From contig OX597818.1 of assembly GCA_951406725.2 (NCBI GenBank), positions 83,142,001 through 83,206,000 on the forward strand: DNA of 64,000 nucleotides, read 5' to 3'. This DNA comes from Octopus vulgaris (taxonomy: Eukaryota). The first letter of the stretch is position 1, and every line of letters begins with the position of its first letter. The position numbers and the translations under genes are program-made. Below, piece by piece: positions 1 through 15,689 of the stretch. The notes beneath the pieces were generated by a model. The model was given only the letters and a program-made list of their open reading frames with translations. It did not search any database and had not been told where the DNA came from.

Positions 1-740
1 TGATCTGAAGGAGATCTAACTGCTATTTCTTGCATATTCAAGAACCATATACATGGTTGGCTTGTGCTGGTTTGTGGTATATGTACCTTTACCTTTTGTG
101 TGAATTGTCTTATTTTATTGGGAGATCATCGTAGGGATAGTTACTGTTTGTTGTACGAAGAATATATTGTGTAAGTTGTACTTTCGGATTGAAAATACCT
201 TGCATAGGATATGGTTTGCAGCTACCCGGTGTATATTTAGCACTATGAGCAAACCTGGAGGTTCTGGTATGATTTTATTTATATTTATCCTTATCATTAC
301 TTGTACTGCAATTTTTAACGATCCTGCCTTCATCTTCATACACAATGGCCTTCTTTTAATTTCCACATGATTGTATTTTGGACACTTCATCGATATCCTC
401 TAGCCAATAGTTAGGTTGGATGAAGTCGTGATATTTTGAAAGTACAGTCATTTCGTTCCCAAATGGGGTTGAATTTTCATGGTCTCTCAAAGAACATTGA
501 AAATAACGCGCACCAATGCAATTATCGATATATTTTAATCCACTTTAATGGTATCCAAACCATCTGTCGCTATTTTGCAGTGGTATATATATGATTCCGA
601 CACAATGGTGTAAGTGAATTTTCCCGGGTAAATCAAGGAATAGGAAGCCCCAAATGAGAGGAACAATTTGTCAACTTGTAATAATTCAACAGTCACACTT
701 GATATTAACGCCTGATTCACATTATTTTGCTCTTAAAGAA

Positions 741-931
741 ATTGTATATACTCGTGGATAAACCACATTCGTATATAAGTCGCACTCCAATTTAGTGTTA
801 AGTCTTAGCACAAATTTTCTCCTATCAAATTCAAACGTGATATCAGCGTTGCCCCGACTTTAAGTTGCACCAACTTTTTTCAGACGAAATCAAATATAAC
901 AATGCGCAACTTATATACGAGTGAATACAAT
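741..931. mobile_element. Short MITE, probably Tc1/mariner-pogo class
   Basis: Left end ATTGTATATACTCGT (741) is the inverted match of right end ACGAGTGAATACAAT (ends 931). The internal TATAAGTCGCAC/TTAAGTTGCAC motifs are repeated and recur inverted near the right end. No ORF. Confidence 0.55.
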
Positions 932-1500
932 AATTGCTCTTTTTATTAGATTTACTACGTTAAAATTTTTAATTTCATAATATTTCTATTTTTATATCGT
1001 TATGATTATTATTATTATTACGATTATTGTTCTCGTTATGAATGTTTGCTCTTTCCTAATCAAATAGTCTTATGCTCAAATGCACCGAAGCTATGGTAAC
1101 ACAGCACAATTTTCAGGAATATTAAACCTACAAATACACATTATGCACCAAACTGTCTATTTTTATGATCATACGTTGAGATCAAAGGTCATTTTGCTGC
1201 TATTTCTAGTACGGCCAGCGACTCTATTGATTATCCGTAAAGTCTCACCTCGTTGGTTCATTAATGTTATTATTGTAATCGTAGCCGAAATTGTTAGTGT
1301 TATTATTGTTGTTGTATGTCTATATTCACAACACATTGTATGGTAGGAAAATATATTACCATTATCTTCGCTCTTGTATTTTCAAGTGTTACACTGTGCA
1401 TAGATGTACATATACATACATATACAAAGGCATAAGCCATATATATATATATGTATAATATACATGAAAATAGATGTACATATACACACACGCATGTATG

Positions 1501-1542
<42 letters not shown>

Positions 1543-1748
1543 TATATACCTGTAAGTATGTATGTATGTATGTATCACTTTAAATTGCTTTAAAATGTTC
1601 GAATCAATATTGTAACGTGGGCTTTAAACATACTTCGCAGTGAATACAATGGCAATAAATTTTATTCAATTCAATTCAATTGATCAAGAAAATGGAGTAA
1701 ATGTGTAAATTTCGATGTTGGTATTATTCAAAGAATAGCAAAAGAAAG

Positions 1749-1815
<67 letters not shown>

Positions 1816-2320
1816 CCAACAGAATGTAAAAGTAATGTAGAAACAGTAAGATTGAGTGTGAAAGTGTGCCTCTCTGTGTGTGTGTGTGTGTGTGTATGCA
1901 TTTATGTGTTGGTGAACGGTTACATTTGTGTAGGTACATGCGTATAATTTACATATACATGTATGAATATATAAATGTATGTATTTACTCATATATCTAC
2001 ACACACACATACACACACGCACTCTCACACATATATTTATGTATATATGCATATATATGAAATAAAACAAGAAATATTTATCTAACTATTTATTAATCTG
2101 TCCATTTAGCTATCGGTCTATCTATTTCTCCATCTGTCTGTTGGTGTTTCTCTCTCTCTTTGTCACCCTCTCTCTAATATTTCATAATGTTAATAAAAGT
2201 TATTAACATTAGTAAGCTTTAACTAGCAATCTTTTGAACCTAGAACGATGAAGGGCAAAGTCGAACTCAGAGAGATTGAATCTCCTGACACATTCACATG
2301 GGTATATATACTTCTTTCAT

Positions 2321-2429
<109 letters not shown>

Positions 2430-2456
2430 CACACACACAAAGAAACAAACAGACAG

Positions 2457-2511
<55 letters not shown>

Positions 2512-3025
2512 CGGTGCTGGCAAGGATCTTAGTGAGTGCAGCGATAAGGTGGTACCAATGTGTTCGGGCAGTAAATAGTAATCAACATCGTCTTTAGTGA
2601 TGATTATGTGCGTCGTGCCTCTAATGTCAGCGGTGAGCAGCTTATGAATGACGCACTCCTAACTACGTTCGATTATTGACCTTCAGCTTGAATCGGAAAA
2701 TTATATGAGACTCCTTGATCCGGAGATATCCAGCACGTCTCTCTGTGGTCAGTATGGAAGTTTGTCTGTCGTTGAGGTTTTACTTAATTTCAATTTGTGT
2801 TTCGGAAGAAAGAGCCATGTATTTTCAGTATAACATCGAATAAATGTAGCGCGATGATATCACACAGGCAATGTAGTAAACCTTCATTTGGAATATAAAT
2901 ATCAGCTGCTTTGATAGTAGATCTCATTTCTTATTTGGGATTGCAGCAAACACCAAGTCACTACATACTTACCTACTTCTGCTTTATCCCCCTTTTTCTC
3001 TCACTCTCTCTCTCTCATATATATG

Positions 3026-3131
<106 letters not shown>

Positions 3132-3142
3132 ATATATGTATG

Positions 3143-3338
3143 GTGGAAAGTAATTGTAAAATCCTCACCTTATATTAATGGCTTAAATAGATGTAAGCTA
3201 TGCTTAGCTGAAAGTGCTCAGATCCTTTTCAGATCGAAGATCACGAACTTATTACTGAATTCTAGAGCAAAAATTTTCAGCGGTTGTAAATATATGAATA
3301 TGTTCCATCTGAAAAATTTGAATATTCCGCCTATATAA
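3143..3338 (+). mobile_element. Penelope-like element, C-terminal end of GIY-YIG endonuclease (5'-truncated remnant)
   Basis: Translation WKVIVKSSPYINGLNRCKLCLAESAQILF...LLNSRAKIFSGCKYMNMFHL matches the PLE terminal pattern W-x-I-x5-PY-x5-C-x-LC-x2-E...LLN-x-R-x-E-x4-C-RH. It starts directly after a (TA)n(TG)n tract. Confidence 0.7.
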
Positions 3339-3859
3339 CTAATTAACCTCTCACTAGTTTTTCCGGTCCTATCATTTAACGTCTAAGACAAATAAACCAT
3401 TTTGCTTATTTCTGATGACTTTTTCATTTTCCGCTCTTTTAACCTTCGACGTTCTCTATATGCTTCCTTCTTGGTTTTTCGTGTTTCTTCTATCTTTCAA
3501 TTTTTAGTTCGTTATACTCTATATAACATGTTTCACATCTTGTAATTCGTTATTTGGCATGTTCTCAGCATAAGAAAATATTAGTAGCTGATAAGAACAC
3601 GTATTGATGTATTGTGTCCATTGAATAATATATGTGTGTGTGTATACATATGTCAACACATGTATGTATACATGTCAACACATGTATGTATACATGTTAA
3701 CACATGTACGAACACATACATGTGTACGCACACATACACACATATAATGAAATCTATATGTATATATATACACATATATATATATATATAGATAGATATA
3801 AATACATATGGACAAATATATATAAATATATAAATGTATATATGTGCGTGTGTAAGTGT

Positions 3860-5040
3860 ATAATTAAAAATGCACATTATGCACAGGACTAGCGAGGGGA
3901 AAATGCGTAAAAACATGAGAGATAATTACAGGTAAAAAAATACACATTAATACACGATATTCCCAACAAGGGAAAATACGAAAATACACAGAGATATATA
4001 CAGGACAAAATACCAAAAGAAATCTAACTCCTCCTCAGTTGTCGACTGTTTGTTGCTATATGTTTCGAGCTTTCGACAAGATAGGAAAACTTCATAAGAC
4101 AGCAGCATCCAGAAATTCAAAATCTATAAATTTTATGGAGAGTTAGGGCTTCGAACAAACAAACGACACCAGAGTTGAAGTACAGAGTAAACAATTGACG
4201 GAGACAGAAAGTAAGAGCGGTTCGGCCAAGACGAATTCTAAGTAACGCTAATTGGTGATATCCTGTACTTAATGTGTATTTTTTCTGTATTATTCTTGTA
4301 TTTGCCGTGTGTTTACGTATTTGCCGTGTGTTTACGTATTTTTCACTCGGTGATGATGTCCAGTACTTAATATGTATTTTTAATTATTTACAATTGCATT
4401 CCACACAGCCTTTATAAACAGTAATTTTTTACATTTATATATAATTTCTGCGACTCCACACTCTGTTCTCTGCCTGTTTTCTTTCTTTCTCTCTAGCACC
4501 TCTTTAATCCTTTATATTTAATTTTCGTCAACTCCTTCTTTGCTGTCTCCTGTCTTTATTTCTTTCCTTCTCTCTTCTCACTCACTTCGTTTCTCTGCTT
4601 TGTCCTCTCTCTTTCCCCTTTCGCCTCTGCCTATTGATCAAACGTGACTACAAACCGTTTTCCCGTCACTCAGTCTTTTTTGGCCAGGACGTACAGCTAG
4701 CTGGACGTAATTTCTCTCGCCTCTCGATATTTTCCCCTTCTGCTTATCTTGCTCTTCTATTTATTTTATATGCTTTCAAAATTTCTGGCAGCCGTTACCT
4801 ATTTGAAATCCTATCTCTCCAGAAATTTTATATTTTTAAAACTTCTGGATCATGCTGTCATATGAAATTTTCCTGTCTTGTCGAAAGATCGAAACAGGTA
4901 GTAATAATCAGTCGACAACTGAGGATGAGTTAGACTTTCTTTGGTATTTTATCCTCTACTTATTTCGCGTGGGTTTATGTATTTTTCACTCGTTGGTGAT
5001 ATCCTGTGCTTTATTACTTAATATGTATTTTTAATTATTT
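3860..5040. repeat. Inverted pair of a diverged interspersed repeat (probable PLE terminal-repeat fragments)
   Basis: About 4005-4150 (ATACCAAAAG..CTAACTCCTCCTCAGTTGTCGACTG..TTTCGACAAGATAGGAAAA) is the reverse complement of about 4800-4950 (TTTTCCTGTCTTGTCGAAAG..CAGTCGACAACTGAGGATGAGTTAG..TTGGTATTTT). A third partial copy lies at 4250-4395. Confidence 0.6.
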
Positions 5041-5078
5041 ATGATTGAACGTTATATACATACATACATAATACATAC

Positions 5079-5130
<52 letters not shown>

Positions 5131-5245
5131 AAAGAACAACACTTATAATCACCCCACATTACTGTATTGTTAAAACAGTATAGTTTTTTTGGTGCATCTA
5201 AGTTAGGTACCATATTCAAGTAAATTCATTTAAATTAACTTGAAT

Positions 5246-5290
<45 letters not shown>

Positions 5291-6076
5291 GTAAAAGCAC
5301 GAAACTCGAACCTTTAGTCACTCTGAAACTTCTGCTAAATATGAATAAAAATATACTTATTCTAATATTCCTGTTTGTTCGATGTACCTATTTGTCTGTC
5401 TGTCTCTCTCTCTCTCTATATATATATATTATATATATATACATATATATATACATGCACATATATAACACATACATATATATATGTATATACACAGATA
5501 CACACACATATATACCTGTGTATATATACATATATATATTTTGTGCTCTTACATTATTTTTGAGCAGTTGTGATATTATCATCATAATCCATCACATGAA
5601 TTTCTTCTTTCAATAGAAATATGTATTTTAATATGAAATAATAGGAGAAAAATTTGCATAATTTTGCATTATGTGGAAGCCGTGATTTCATCATTTCTAT
5701 GGCTTTGTTCTTGTAGTTGAACATGGAAGGAAGTTTAGATAATTTGTGTTGAGATATGAGAATTTAGTGAATGCACTATATGCAAAAAGTGACTGTGTAG
5801 TTTCTCTCTACCTTTGAATTTAACATGTGTTTTGCGTTTTTGTTGACTATGATTCTGTAAGTGCAAACGTTAGAAAGAGTGTGAGAAAATGAGAATGATA
5901 ATTGGATTGTTTTCGTGCAGATATTTTTGAACATACACACAAAAACATATGATAGATATAGCTATATAAACATATACACAGATACAAATATACATATGCG
6001 CACACACATGCACTCTCACATGCACTCTCACATGCACACATGTGTTTAACATATTTATGTACATGTATACTAATTC

Positions 6077-6700
<624 letters not shown>

Positions 6701-6987
6701 TATAATCTGTCTGAAGCATTCTACAGTATTCTGCTAGTTTCTGTTCTCACGCCCTGACTGCATTCTGCAAACTAGTCAATTGTTACAATCAGTCACAAAC
6801 AATTCGCCCCTAACGGGGAAACACGGAGGGTCCAAGTCTGAAAATATATATACATAAATTAAATTAGAGATAAAACCACTATTAGACAAATCAAACAGTG
6901 AAAACCATAAACCAAAACATAGAAATAAAATTAATTCATATAAAATACAAATTATATATAACAAAATATACATAATTCAAAATCTGC

Positions 6988-6988
<1 letters not shown>

Positions 6989-7075
<87 letters not shown>

Positions 7076-7094
7076 ATATATATATATATATATA

Positions 7095-7150
<56 letters not shown>
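6989..7150. repeat. (TATC)n/(TA)n/(TC)n compound microsatellite
   Basis: Direct inspection. Confidence 0.95.
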
Positions 7151-7152
<2 letters not shown>

Positions 7153-7264
7153 GCATGTATGTATGCATGTATGCGCGTATGAATGGATGAATATATGTAT
7201 ATATGTGTGTATGTATGTATGTTTGAATGCTTGCGTGTGTGTATGTGTGAATGTGTGTGTACGT

Positions 7265-7480
7265 CTTTGTACTAGTGTTTCTCACCCCACTACCGCTTGA
7301 CAATCGGTGTTTTTGTGATTTTGTCCCAGTAACATAACGTTTCAGCAAAAGAGACCGATAGAATAAGTACAAGGCTTCAAATAATTAAGTACCAGGGTCG
7401 ATTCATTCAGCTACAAATTCCTGAAGGCGGTGCCCCAGCATGGCTTCAGTCTAAACTCGTTATAGATGAAAGATAAATGA
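7265..7480 (+). mobile_element. SINE family B, 3' half
   Basis: CGCTTGACAATCGGTG..GAGACCGATAGAATAAGTAC..GGGTCGAT..GGCGGTGCCCCAGCATGGC is shared with the copies at 10670, 13648, 30293, 41962 and 52446. Confidence 0.8.
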
Positions 7481-7599
7481 TAAAGATGCTACAGGGAATT
7501 TGAAACTCTGAAACACCGAACATTAATGAATGAAAAAAATTCAAAGAACTGAAGAGGGGACTAATGAGTATTCTATCAATGTTCCTGACTTAGTACATT

Positions 7600-7970
7600 A
7601 ACAACAATAACAACAGCAATGACATCCAGAACAAAAATAATGACAACACGAGATTAAATACAACAACATTAAGACCCAGAATATAAAAGCACATTTCAAC
7701 AATACACTGATAGCAAGGACAAGAATAAGAACAAGAGTTAAGCAAGAAAACAACAACGACAGCAAGATAATAAGAACAGAACGACGGCGGCAAGAACGTC
7801 AGCAACAACGAGAATGATAAGAAGAACAGAACAAGACCAACATTAAGCAACAGTAAAAAAATTACAACACAGCAATCGCGACGACAACAGCAGCAACGAG
7901 AATGACGATGAGAGTATCAGAAAGAAGAGGACAGGAACAACAGCAAGAACAACCGCGACGGCAACGATTA
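7600..7970. repeat. Degenerate (AAC)n/(AAG)n low-complexity tract
   Basis: Triplet-periodic A/C-rich sequence. Confidence 0.7.
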
Positions 7971-8415
7971 TGTGGGAAACCACATATTTTCAGCAATGAG
8001 AGTAATTTTAACTTAATTACCAATATCGGTTTAGAATACAAATATCTTGAAGAAACAAACCAGGAAATCAGTACGTGGTTGCTGAGAATTGTAGAAATCG
8101 AAGTACAACGTTCTTCAAATCACCTATCGTATTTTAAAATATTAAAAGTCACATAGCATAATGTATACTTAGATTCTGTTAGAGGGCAAGTCTGAGGTAG
8201 CAGGCTTTTAATACTGTTTATTCTATAAGTATTTACATCGTGTGATACATCAACATGAATAATGAAATTAAATTGTTTGCTTGTCTTGCTAGAAATGGCA
8301 GCCAATAGCCTTCAAATCAAAACTTACCGACTTAAGATTTGCATATTGAAGTGTTGCACATTGGATAAAGAGATAACTGATATATTGAATAATGATGTAT
8401 TACATACACACGCAC

Positions 8416-8458
<43 letters not shown>

Positions 8459-8734
8459 CATATACATATACATTTATATAAATGTGTTTGATTAAGTGTA
8501 TGCATGTATGCATGTATACACGCATGCATGCTTGCATGTATATAAGTATTTATGTATGTATGCATGCTTATATATAAGCATATATATGCTTGTATACATA
8601 CATCTAGTAACTTCTTTAGGCGTGGCGTATTATTGCAATTTATTATATCATTGCAATACATCTAATAAGCCTACCTGCAACCTTTTTGTTTTCCAAGATT
8701 GAAGGAGACGGCAAAAACAGCATTTTAAATACGC

Positions 8735-9890
8735 CCTTCGATTTGATTTGTGGTTGAACAAGCTGGAACAACTCCTATTCCACTTTTTGTAGAAGGGAAG
8801 AGGACCAATGGTAAGGCGCTCTCTCTGCTGCAAAAAACCGTTAAAGGGTGGGCTAGGGATGCCGTGGCCAAGGATGCGCAAGTTCGCACTAAGGCTTAGG
8901 CACCTCTAGCACTACGTGGAATGTGAGCAGGTGTGGTCACCGCACGTGAGGTTTTTCTCTCAACTGATATCCCTACGGAATATTGGTCCATGGATCAACC
9001 GTAAACCTAGTACGTCTACAGGCACTCAAGCTGCTCTCCCGGGTGGGCAATACCGGCAGCAGGAGTTCCACAGCGGATTTCAATAGCGGGCTGGTAGAGT
9101 ATATATCAGACGATGTCCTGGGAGACACTCTAGGTGTCGATTGAAGTCAGTTGACCAACCTTTTTAGGAGAAATTTTTAACAGGGGTAATTGCCAAAAAT
9201 CTCCGGCCTGGTTATGATATTGATCAGCTTTACCTGTTCGAGAGAAGTTCTCGAGACAGATCGTGCCGTCCCACTGACATGCTCGAGGTGTGGACAGGGC
9301 AGTGTAACTGTCCTGCACACGTTCGTACAGTGTGCAGGATTAACGGGACTGATAACCTTTGCTGAACAACTGTTGTCGACAATGGGAAGCGTACAGCTAT
9401 CAGCTGAGTCGATTATAAAGATTGTCCCACCTCCCTCCTAATAGGGAGAAGCAGGCCTGTTTTTTCAGCGTAGTAGCCATTCTGAAAGAGACAGTATGGA
9501 AAACAAGTGCAAGAGGGAACTCGACAGGTACCTTCATCACAGGGCAAGGGTTGGTTAGCTTTTTTACTTACCACCTGAAGAGCAAGATCTGACTGGAGAA
9601 GAGATACCTGTTGCACAGTATGTACACAAAAAGATGGAAGTCTGCAGAAAAGATGCTGTGCGTGACTGGAACCAGGCAGGTGGATTCAACGGAAAACAAA
9701 AGGGTATCATGTCGGGTGTCGACTAGATGTCTTGACATCATACAAAATCTTTTTAATCCTGCTTAAATGTTTAAAAAGCCATATCATTGTAAACCAAGTG
9801 ACATGACCTCCTCGCCACCTTTTTATGTATTGTCTGTCCTTGTTTGTCCGCTTTTTGTTGGGCCCATGTGACCAAATAAAAGAAGCACAA
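8735..9890 (+). mobile_element. Tx1/L1-type LINE, 3' part of ORF2 plus 3' UTR (decayed)
   Basis: LEQLLFHFL*KGRGPMVRRSLCCKKPLKGGLGMPWPRMRKFALRLRHL is the post-RT FLW..GGLG motif. CSRCGQGSVTVLHTFVQC is the zf-RVT C-x2-C..H-x4-C knuckle. AATAAA lies at about 9874. Stops and frameshifts are present. Confidence 0.85.
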
Positions 9891-10669
9891 TCAGCGAAGC
9901 ACGCTGTTCAGGACAGTCCCGCAGAGACGGAATACGTTGTCATAATGTGGGACATAACAACACCTTTGTATATTTACATACTTAATCGTTTATTCAAATG
10001 CTTAATGCTTCTGATTACATGGAAAATATGGGTGGCTCACAATACTCCAGATTAGTTGCACAATTTTCTAATATTCTTTGGCAATATTTTCAAGGCCTCT
10101 GTAATGACAACCAGTTTAAACTCTAAATTTCTATCATTTTGGATGAAGAAGAAAGCTACATTTGGAACGTAAATTATCTACCATCGACAATCAAAGAACG
10201 AAAAGACATAATCAGACAAATTTCATTATATTTTATTTACTGACAAACAAGCTAAGACATTCTATTAGAGAGATAATTGTTTAAGATAGTACAACTTGTT
10301 TAATTATTTAATTATTTCAGACTAGAAGCATACGAATTTTATCTATTGAAGAATTTAACAGAGTGCTGAATGAATATACTTTGCTGTCTGTAATGTAATA
10401 ATAATTCACCAAAGAACAGCTTCAAGCTGTTCGCCCAAACATAACATTACATACAGAGATACGTTTGCTGAAAAACAAGCAAATGAATGAAATATACTAA
10501 TCACCAAAGCAAACACGAAAATAAATCAGCGAGAAATATAAAGTACATGCAGCACTGGTTTTGCATGGCCTGAATTATAATGTAGTAAATAAATACATTT
10601 ACCTGTATGTATTTAGAAAAGTCTGGAGGTGTTCATTAATAATGACGACGGCTAAAATATATACATAAG

Positions 10670-11218
<549 letters not shown>

Positions 11219-11328
11219 TATTCTTTCACCATAAATCCTTTACACCTGGCCTAAACCAATGAAAACATAGCCGCCCCCACCCCCAAAATTAAAATGACAT
11301 CAGTCTCATACTTTGAACATCTCACATT

Positions 11329-11359
<31 letters not shown>

Positions 11360-12319
11360 ATATATATATATGTGTGTGTGCATGTGTGTGTGTGCGCGTG
11401 TGTGTGTGTGTGTGTGCGTGTGTGTGTATACATACATACATACACACACACACTCATACACACACACATATATATATATAAGCAATAATACTCATTCTGG
11501 CATATACCCTGTAGTATACCGTTTAAAGCATACTAAAGGAGTTTATAAAAGTAAGGAAGCAAATAAAATTCATGAGGCGTTTTATTCACTACTATCGTTT
11601 CGATCCATTGAACATTAGTAGTTCTCAGTTGATATGCTGTACAAACAATTGTGGTGAATCATATGTGCAGATGTATATCCTTTCCTACATGAGATCAGAT
11701 CTTCGTTGTGTCTCAGTTCCTTGTGTAGATTTGCAGCACATTACATCTACTAAAATGGATTTTTATAGACGTAAGAGAAAACGGCGTATCAAAAACGAGG
11801 TACCTTTTGCCAAAATCACCTGAAGAGACATCTCCACGTATGATGCACCAAAAGTTTTTGTATACATCTCAAGTGCGTGGTACCGGTGTACAAATGGGCT
11901 ACAATTATCGTTCTAAATAAAAAAGTTTCGTGAATTCTATTTTCTTTCACTTGCAGTGGAAGTGAAAATTGACAAAGCATGCGGCTTATAATAGATACTT
12001 GCTACAACTGACATGCAAAGGCACAGAAATGATTGAGCAATTACACTGCTGCTGCTGGACGCCAAACGTGTCTGTTGCTGAGACACGTTCCTGCTTTTTA
12101 TCACTATACGTCAATACGATAAATTTTTCAGAAGATAAATACTATAGCTATTTAATATCGATTTATTTATAAGAAATTCGACAAGGACATGTATCTTGGG
12201 CTACTTCATAGTTGATTCCAATAATTGGTTGGTATTGTATTTTATGAAGTATTGATGGGAAAATGTCAAATTTAAATTTCAGCGGGAATTCGAAGTTATA
12301 TATATTTGTGTAGGTATCT

Positions 12320-12485
12320 GTGTGTTTGTGTTTTACCTTCACCACTGCTTGGCAACCGGTACTGGTTTATTTACAGAAGGCGATAGATGAAATACCAAGC
12401 TAAATGAATGTGATTCGTTCCACTAAAACCCTTTGGGGCGGTGCTTCTGCATGGCCGCTGTCAAATGACTGAAAGAAGTAAACGA
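12320..12485 (+). mobile_element. SINE family B, 3' fragment
   Basis: GCTTGGCAACCGGT..GGCGGTGCTTCTGCATGGCCGCTGTCAAATGACTGAAAGAAGTAAA. Confidence 0.7.
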
Positions 12486-13647
12486 TAAATGTTGTATCTC
12501 TTATATTCCATATCAAACTGACCTTTGCCACAAATCTACTCCCTTATCTGGTTGATATAGTTTCTCCGATGGACCAGGCGTTTACCATAGCCAGAATGTT
12601 ATATGTTTGTCTGTTATTGCTTTCTTTTAGGTCACATATGGTAAAACATACCTGTAATTTAAGGCTCAAAATCTTTTCTTCTCGTCTCTTTTCTGGGATA
12701 GTTTATCATAGACTAAACTATCAAATATATTCATACATTTTTCTTAAGATTGCATGGTGTAATTCAATGAAGATGTTTTGCAGCGTTGCTGTTGTATAAC
12801 CCCAGTTAAAGATTTCTAAAGGAAGCATATACTCTAAGACCTCCCAGGAGTAACCATTCCGTCTTTTACAGTTTCCAAATAATTTTATAAACTGCATTAT
12901 GTCATTCATTTTGCAAGACTATAAGATGAAATTTCAAGGTAATATGACTGCTTTTTCTTTCTTACATAACAAGAGACTGAGTGAAACAGGCGTCCAGAAT
13001 GTGTTCGACACAGAGCTTATAGTCCTGTAAGGTTATCGTTATGGTCAACAAAGTACCTGAGCGTTGACTGATCTTCTGCGCTCGAACGAAGACACTCTTA
13101 CAAGAAATTAGATACCTAAAATAATGACCTACAATTTATGGATACACATTTCTAATTTTTATACTTCCTTTCTATTAAATATATTATATCGCTGCCTAAA
13201 CCATACTAAGATTGTTCCAATAATTTATCATTAGACAGAATCACAAAGCAAAGAAATGTTATATATAATACTTCTTTTCACATGAATGAATTGCCTTAGA
13301 TTTTGTTCACTCATACGGTATAATTCTTTAATAATCGATAAACGAATCAATTACGTTATTCATCATTAGTATTGTAGTCTAGTAATATTTTAAAATAATT
13401 TACTTTGGCTTCAGTTTCCTTGTCAAGAATGTACTAAAATTTGGGTCGTGGCAATGTTTAGTACACAAGTCGCATCATCTTGTGTTTCCAATCGGTAGAT
13501 TAGACCAAATAATCTAGTGAGGTGAGTGAGAGCTTAACAGCCATTGCGAAAAGAGACTTGTCAGTTTATTAATAATCGTGCATTTTACGGAGCAAATTAA
13601 GAAAAATATTTCATAAGGAGCAGGCGTTCAACTAGGCGCGTTTAAAT

Positions 13648-14105
13648 GGCGCAGGCATGGCTGTGGGGTAAAAAGCTTGGTTTCCAATTACACAGACCCA
13701 GTTTCAGCGCCACTGTGTGGCACCTTGATCGAATATATTGTACTCTAGATTTGGGCCGACCAAAATCTTAGTGGATATGGCAGACAGAAAGTGAAAGAAG
13801 CCTATCGTATATTATATATATATATATATATATGTGTATATGTGTGTATGTATGTATATACCTATATGAGTATGTCTTTTTGTTGAGTTTGTCCTCCATC
13901 AACACTTGACAACCGGTGTTGGTGTGTTTACGCCTACATTGTCTAGCGTTTCGGCAAAGGAGACCGATCGAATAAGTACTAGGCTTATAAAAACCAAAAC
14001 AAATGTAAGTACTCGTGTCACTTCATTCAAGTAAAAGCCGTCAAAGCGGTGCCCCAGCATGACCGTAATCAAGTGACTGAAGCAAGAAGTGAAAGATAAA
14101 AGATT
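13648..14105 (+). mobile_element. SINE family B, full length
   Basis: Starts GGCGCAGGCATGGCTGTGGGGTAA (A-box-like). Has a B-box-like GTTTCAGCGCC, an internal (TA)n, and the tail GCGGTGCCCCAGCATGACC..AAAGATAAAAGA. Confidence 0.85.
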
Positions 14106-14401
14106 TAAGATAAGGCATAATGGTAGAAGTTTATGCTAAGAATGCAAATATCAGAAATTTATATTCAAATATTTGTTTGCTAATATAGAAAAATTTTTGA
14201 TCTTGCGATATGAAAAGAGTATCAGTAATGACGCTACGAAACCTGTAAATAGGATGACTTCCTCGAAATGGTTGAAAGATCTTCACTTCTCTAATCTGCT
14301 GAAAGATAAGAAAAAAATGAAAGCACCCAAATTAAAAAGATTCTTTGCAACATGTGTCAGTGATCATAATGAATGAGATGCAATATAAGATCTCGTTAAT
14401 A

Positions 14402-14600
14402 TTGGTTTCAAATTTTGGCACAATGCCAGAAATTTTGGCGAGTGGGTTGGGTAAATCCATTACACCGACCACAGAGAAGAACTGGTACATATTTTATCGA
14501 CCCCGAAATGATGAGTCGATCTTGGTGGAATTTGAACTCAGAATGTAAAGACAGACTAAATGTAATAAAATACTTTGCCCGGCGTGCTAACGATATTATC
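14402..14600 (-). mobile_element. SINE family A (tRNA-derived)
   Basis: Plus strand shows CTGGTAC..TTTATCGACCCCGAAA..GGAATTTGAACTCAGAA..GCCCGGCGTGCTAACGA, the reverse complement of the copies at 27965 and 34682. B-box GAGTTCAAATTCC on the minus strand. Confidence 0.8.
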
Positions 14601-14727
14601 AGGGCGCTGCTTTAGATCCCGTTCATATTAGAAAGAAAAGACTATTATATGAGATCAATAAAAGATTCATAATACCGGTAATTAAAGAAGCCATTGAAAA
14701 TGCCTTAAAGAATAATTCTTAGACTGT

Positions 14728-14830
14728 TCCATAGTAGAAGAGTCTTGCCAAAGGTGCCACGCAGTGGGACTGAACCTGGAGCCATGTGGTTGGGAAGTAA
14801 GCTTCTAACCACGCAGCCATACCTGCACCT
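14728..14830 (-). mobile_element. SINE family B, tRNA-like head
   Basis: Reverse complement reads GGTGCAGGTATGGCTGCGTGGTTAGAAGCTTACTTCCCAACCACATGGCTCCAGGTTCAGTCCCACTGCGTGGCACC. Confidence 0.8.
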
Positions 14831-15689
14831 AAACTCTTTACTTCACATCCACACCTGTATTTCAGTTTTGCTCCACCAAACTTTTATTTTCTCCCCAAGA
14901 ACCTTACTGTAGAGCTGTACAGTACTTGAAACTGCGTATCTGGTGAATGAGATGTCTTGAAGCACACCAACTAAATCCATTTGTAATTGCAATGCTCTGA
15001 GGAAAATCATGCGTCTCAAAATATTTATCAAGAAGAGATAAATAACAAATGTTTGGTGACTTGAGTGGGGAGTTCATCTGTTGAGATTGAAGCTGATATC
15101 GAGCCATCATTATCTGACAAGATGAAAACGTGTAAGAATTATGAATTATATTTGCGAGACCTATAAGCGGAATTTAATGAAATATAGAAATATGTGCAAG
15201 ATAAAAACTTTGATATTATTCAAATATAAACAATGTTTTTCCAATTCAAAATCAGATTTCATATCAAATATTTTTTTAATCTGCAGTAAATGAAAGAAAA
15301 GCTGGAAATATTTTTAAATAGAGACCTGAATATAAAGAGACGACATACAAATTTAAGCGAAGACTTTAAGATATATTTCCAAAATCTGCCGAAAGAGTTC
15401 TTCCTTCACATGATTATTAACCAATTTGATATAAAAACAGAAAATGCAAACATGAAATCTTCGTGATGAAATCATTGGTATGTCAGTATTTTTCGAAACT
15501 ATCTCATTATTTAAAAGAAGAAAAAAAATCAGAACTTCTTGGAGGAATGCAAATAATTATTTCTAGTTTTGTCATAAGGTCAGTAACTTTCAGAAGAGAT
15601 CTGTTAGTCAATGCAATCGACACCAGCACTTCACTTATAAATTTATTTGATCAACTTTGAACGTATGAAAAGAGTTAGCAGAACTCGCA

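Noticed and set aside
115-720. Short complex ORFs at the window start
   Set aside because: No recognisable domain. The two minus-strand ORFs are separated by several stops and no convincing splice signals were found.
3651-3712. Roughly 22-bp unit repeated three times, considered as CRISPR-like
   Set aside because: Spacer-less minisatellite derived from CA/TA repeats in eukaryotic DNA. No CRISPR array exists in the window.
6805-6825. CCCC-TAAC-GGGG-AAAC, stem II-like hairpin
   Set aside because: The 5' core box is absent; it is only part of an unclassified repeat.
11506-11525. TACCCTGTAG, identical to the miR-10 5' end
   Set aside because: The match stops after 10 nt and no precursor hairpin is present.
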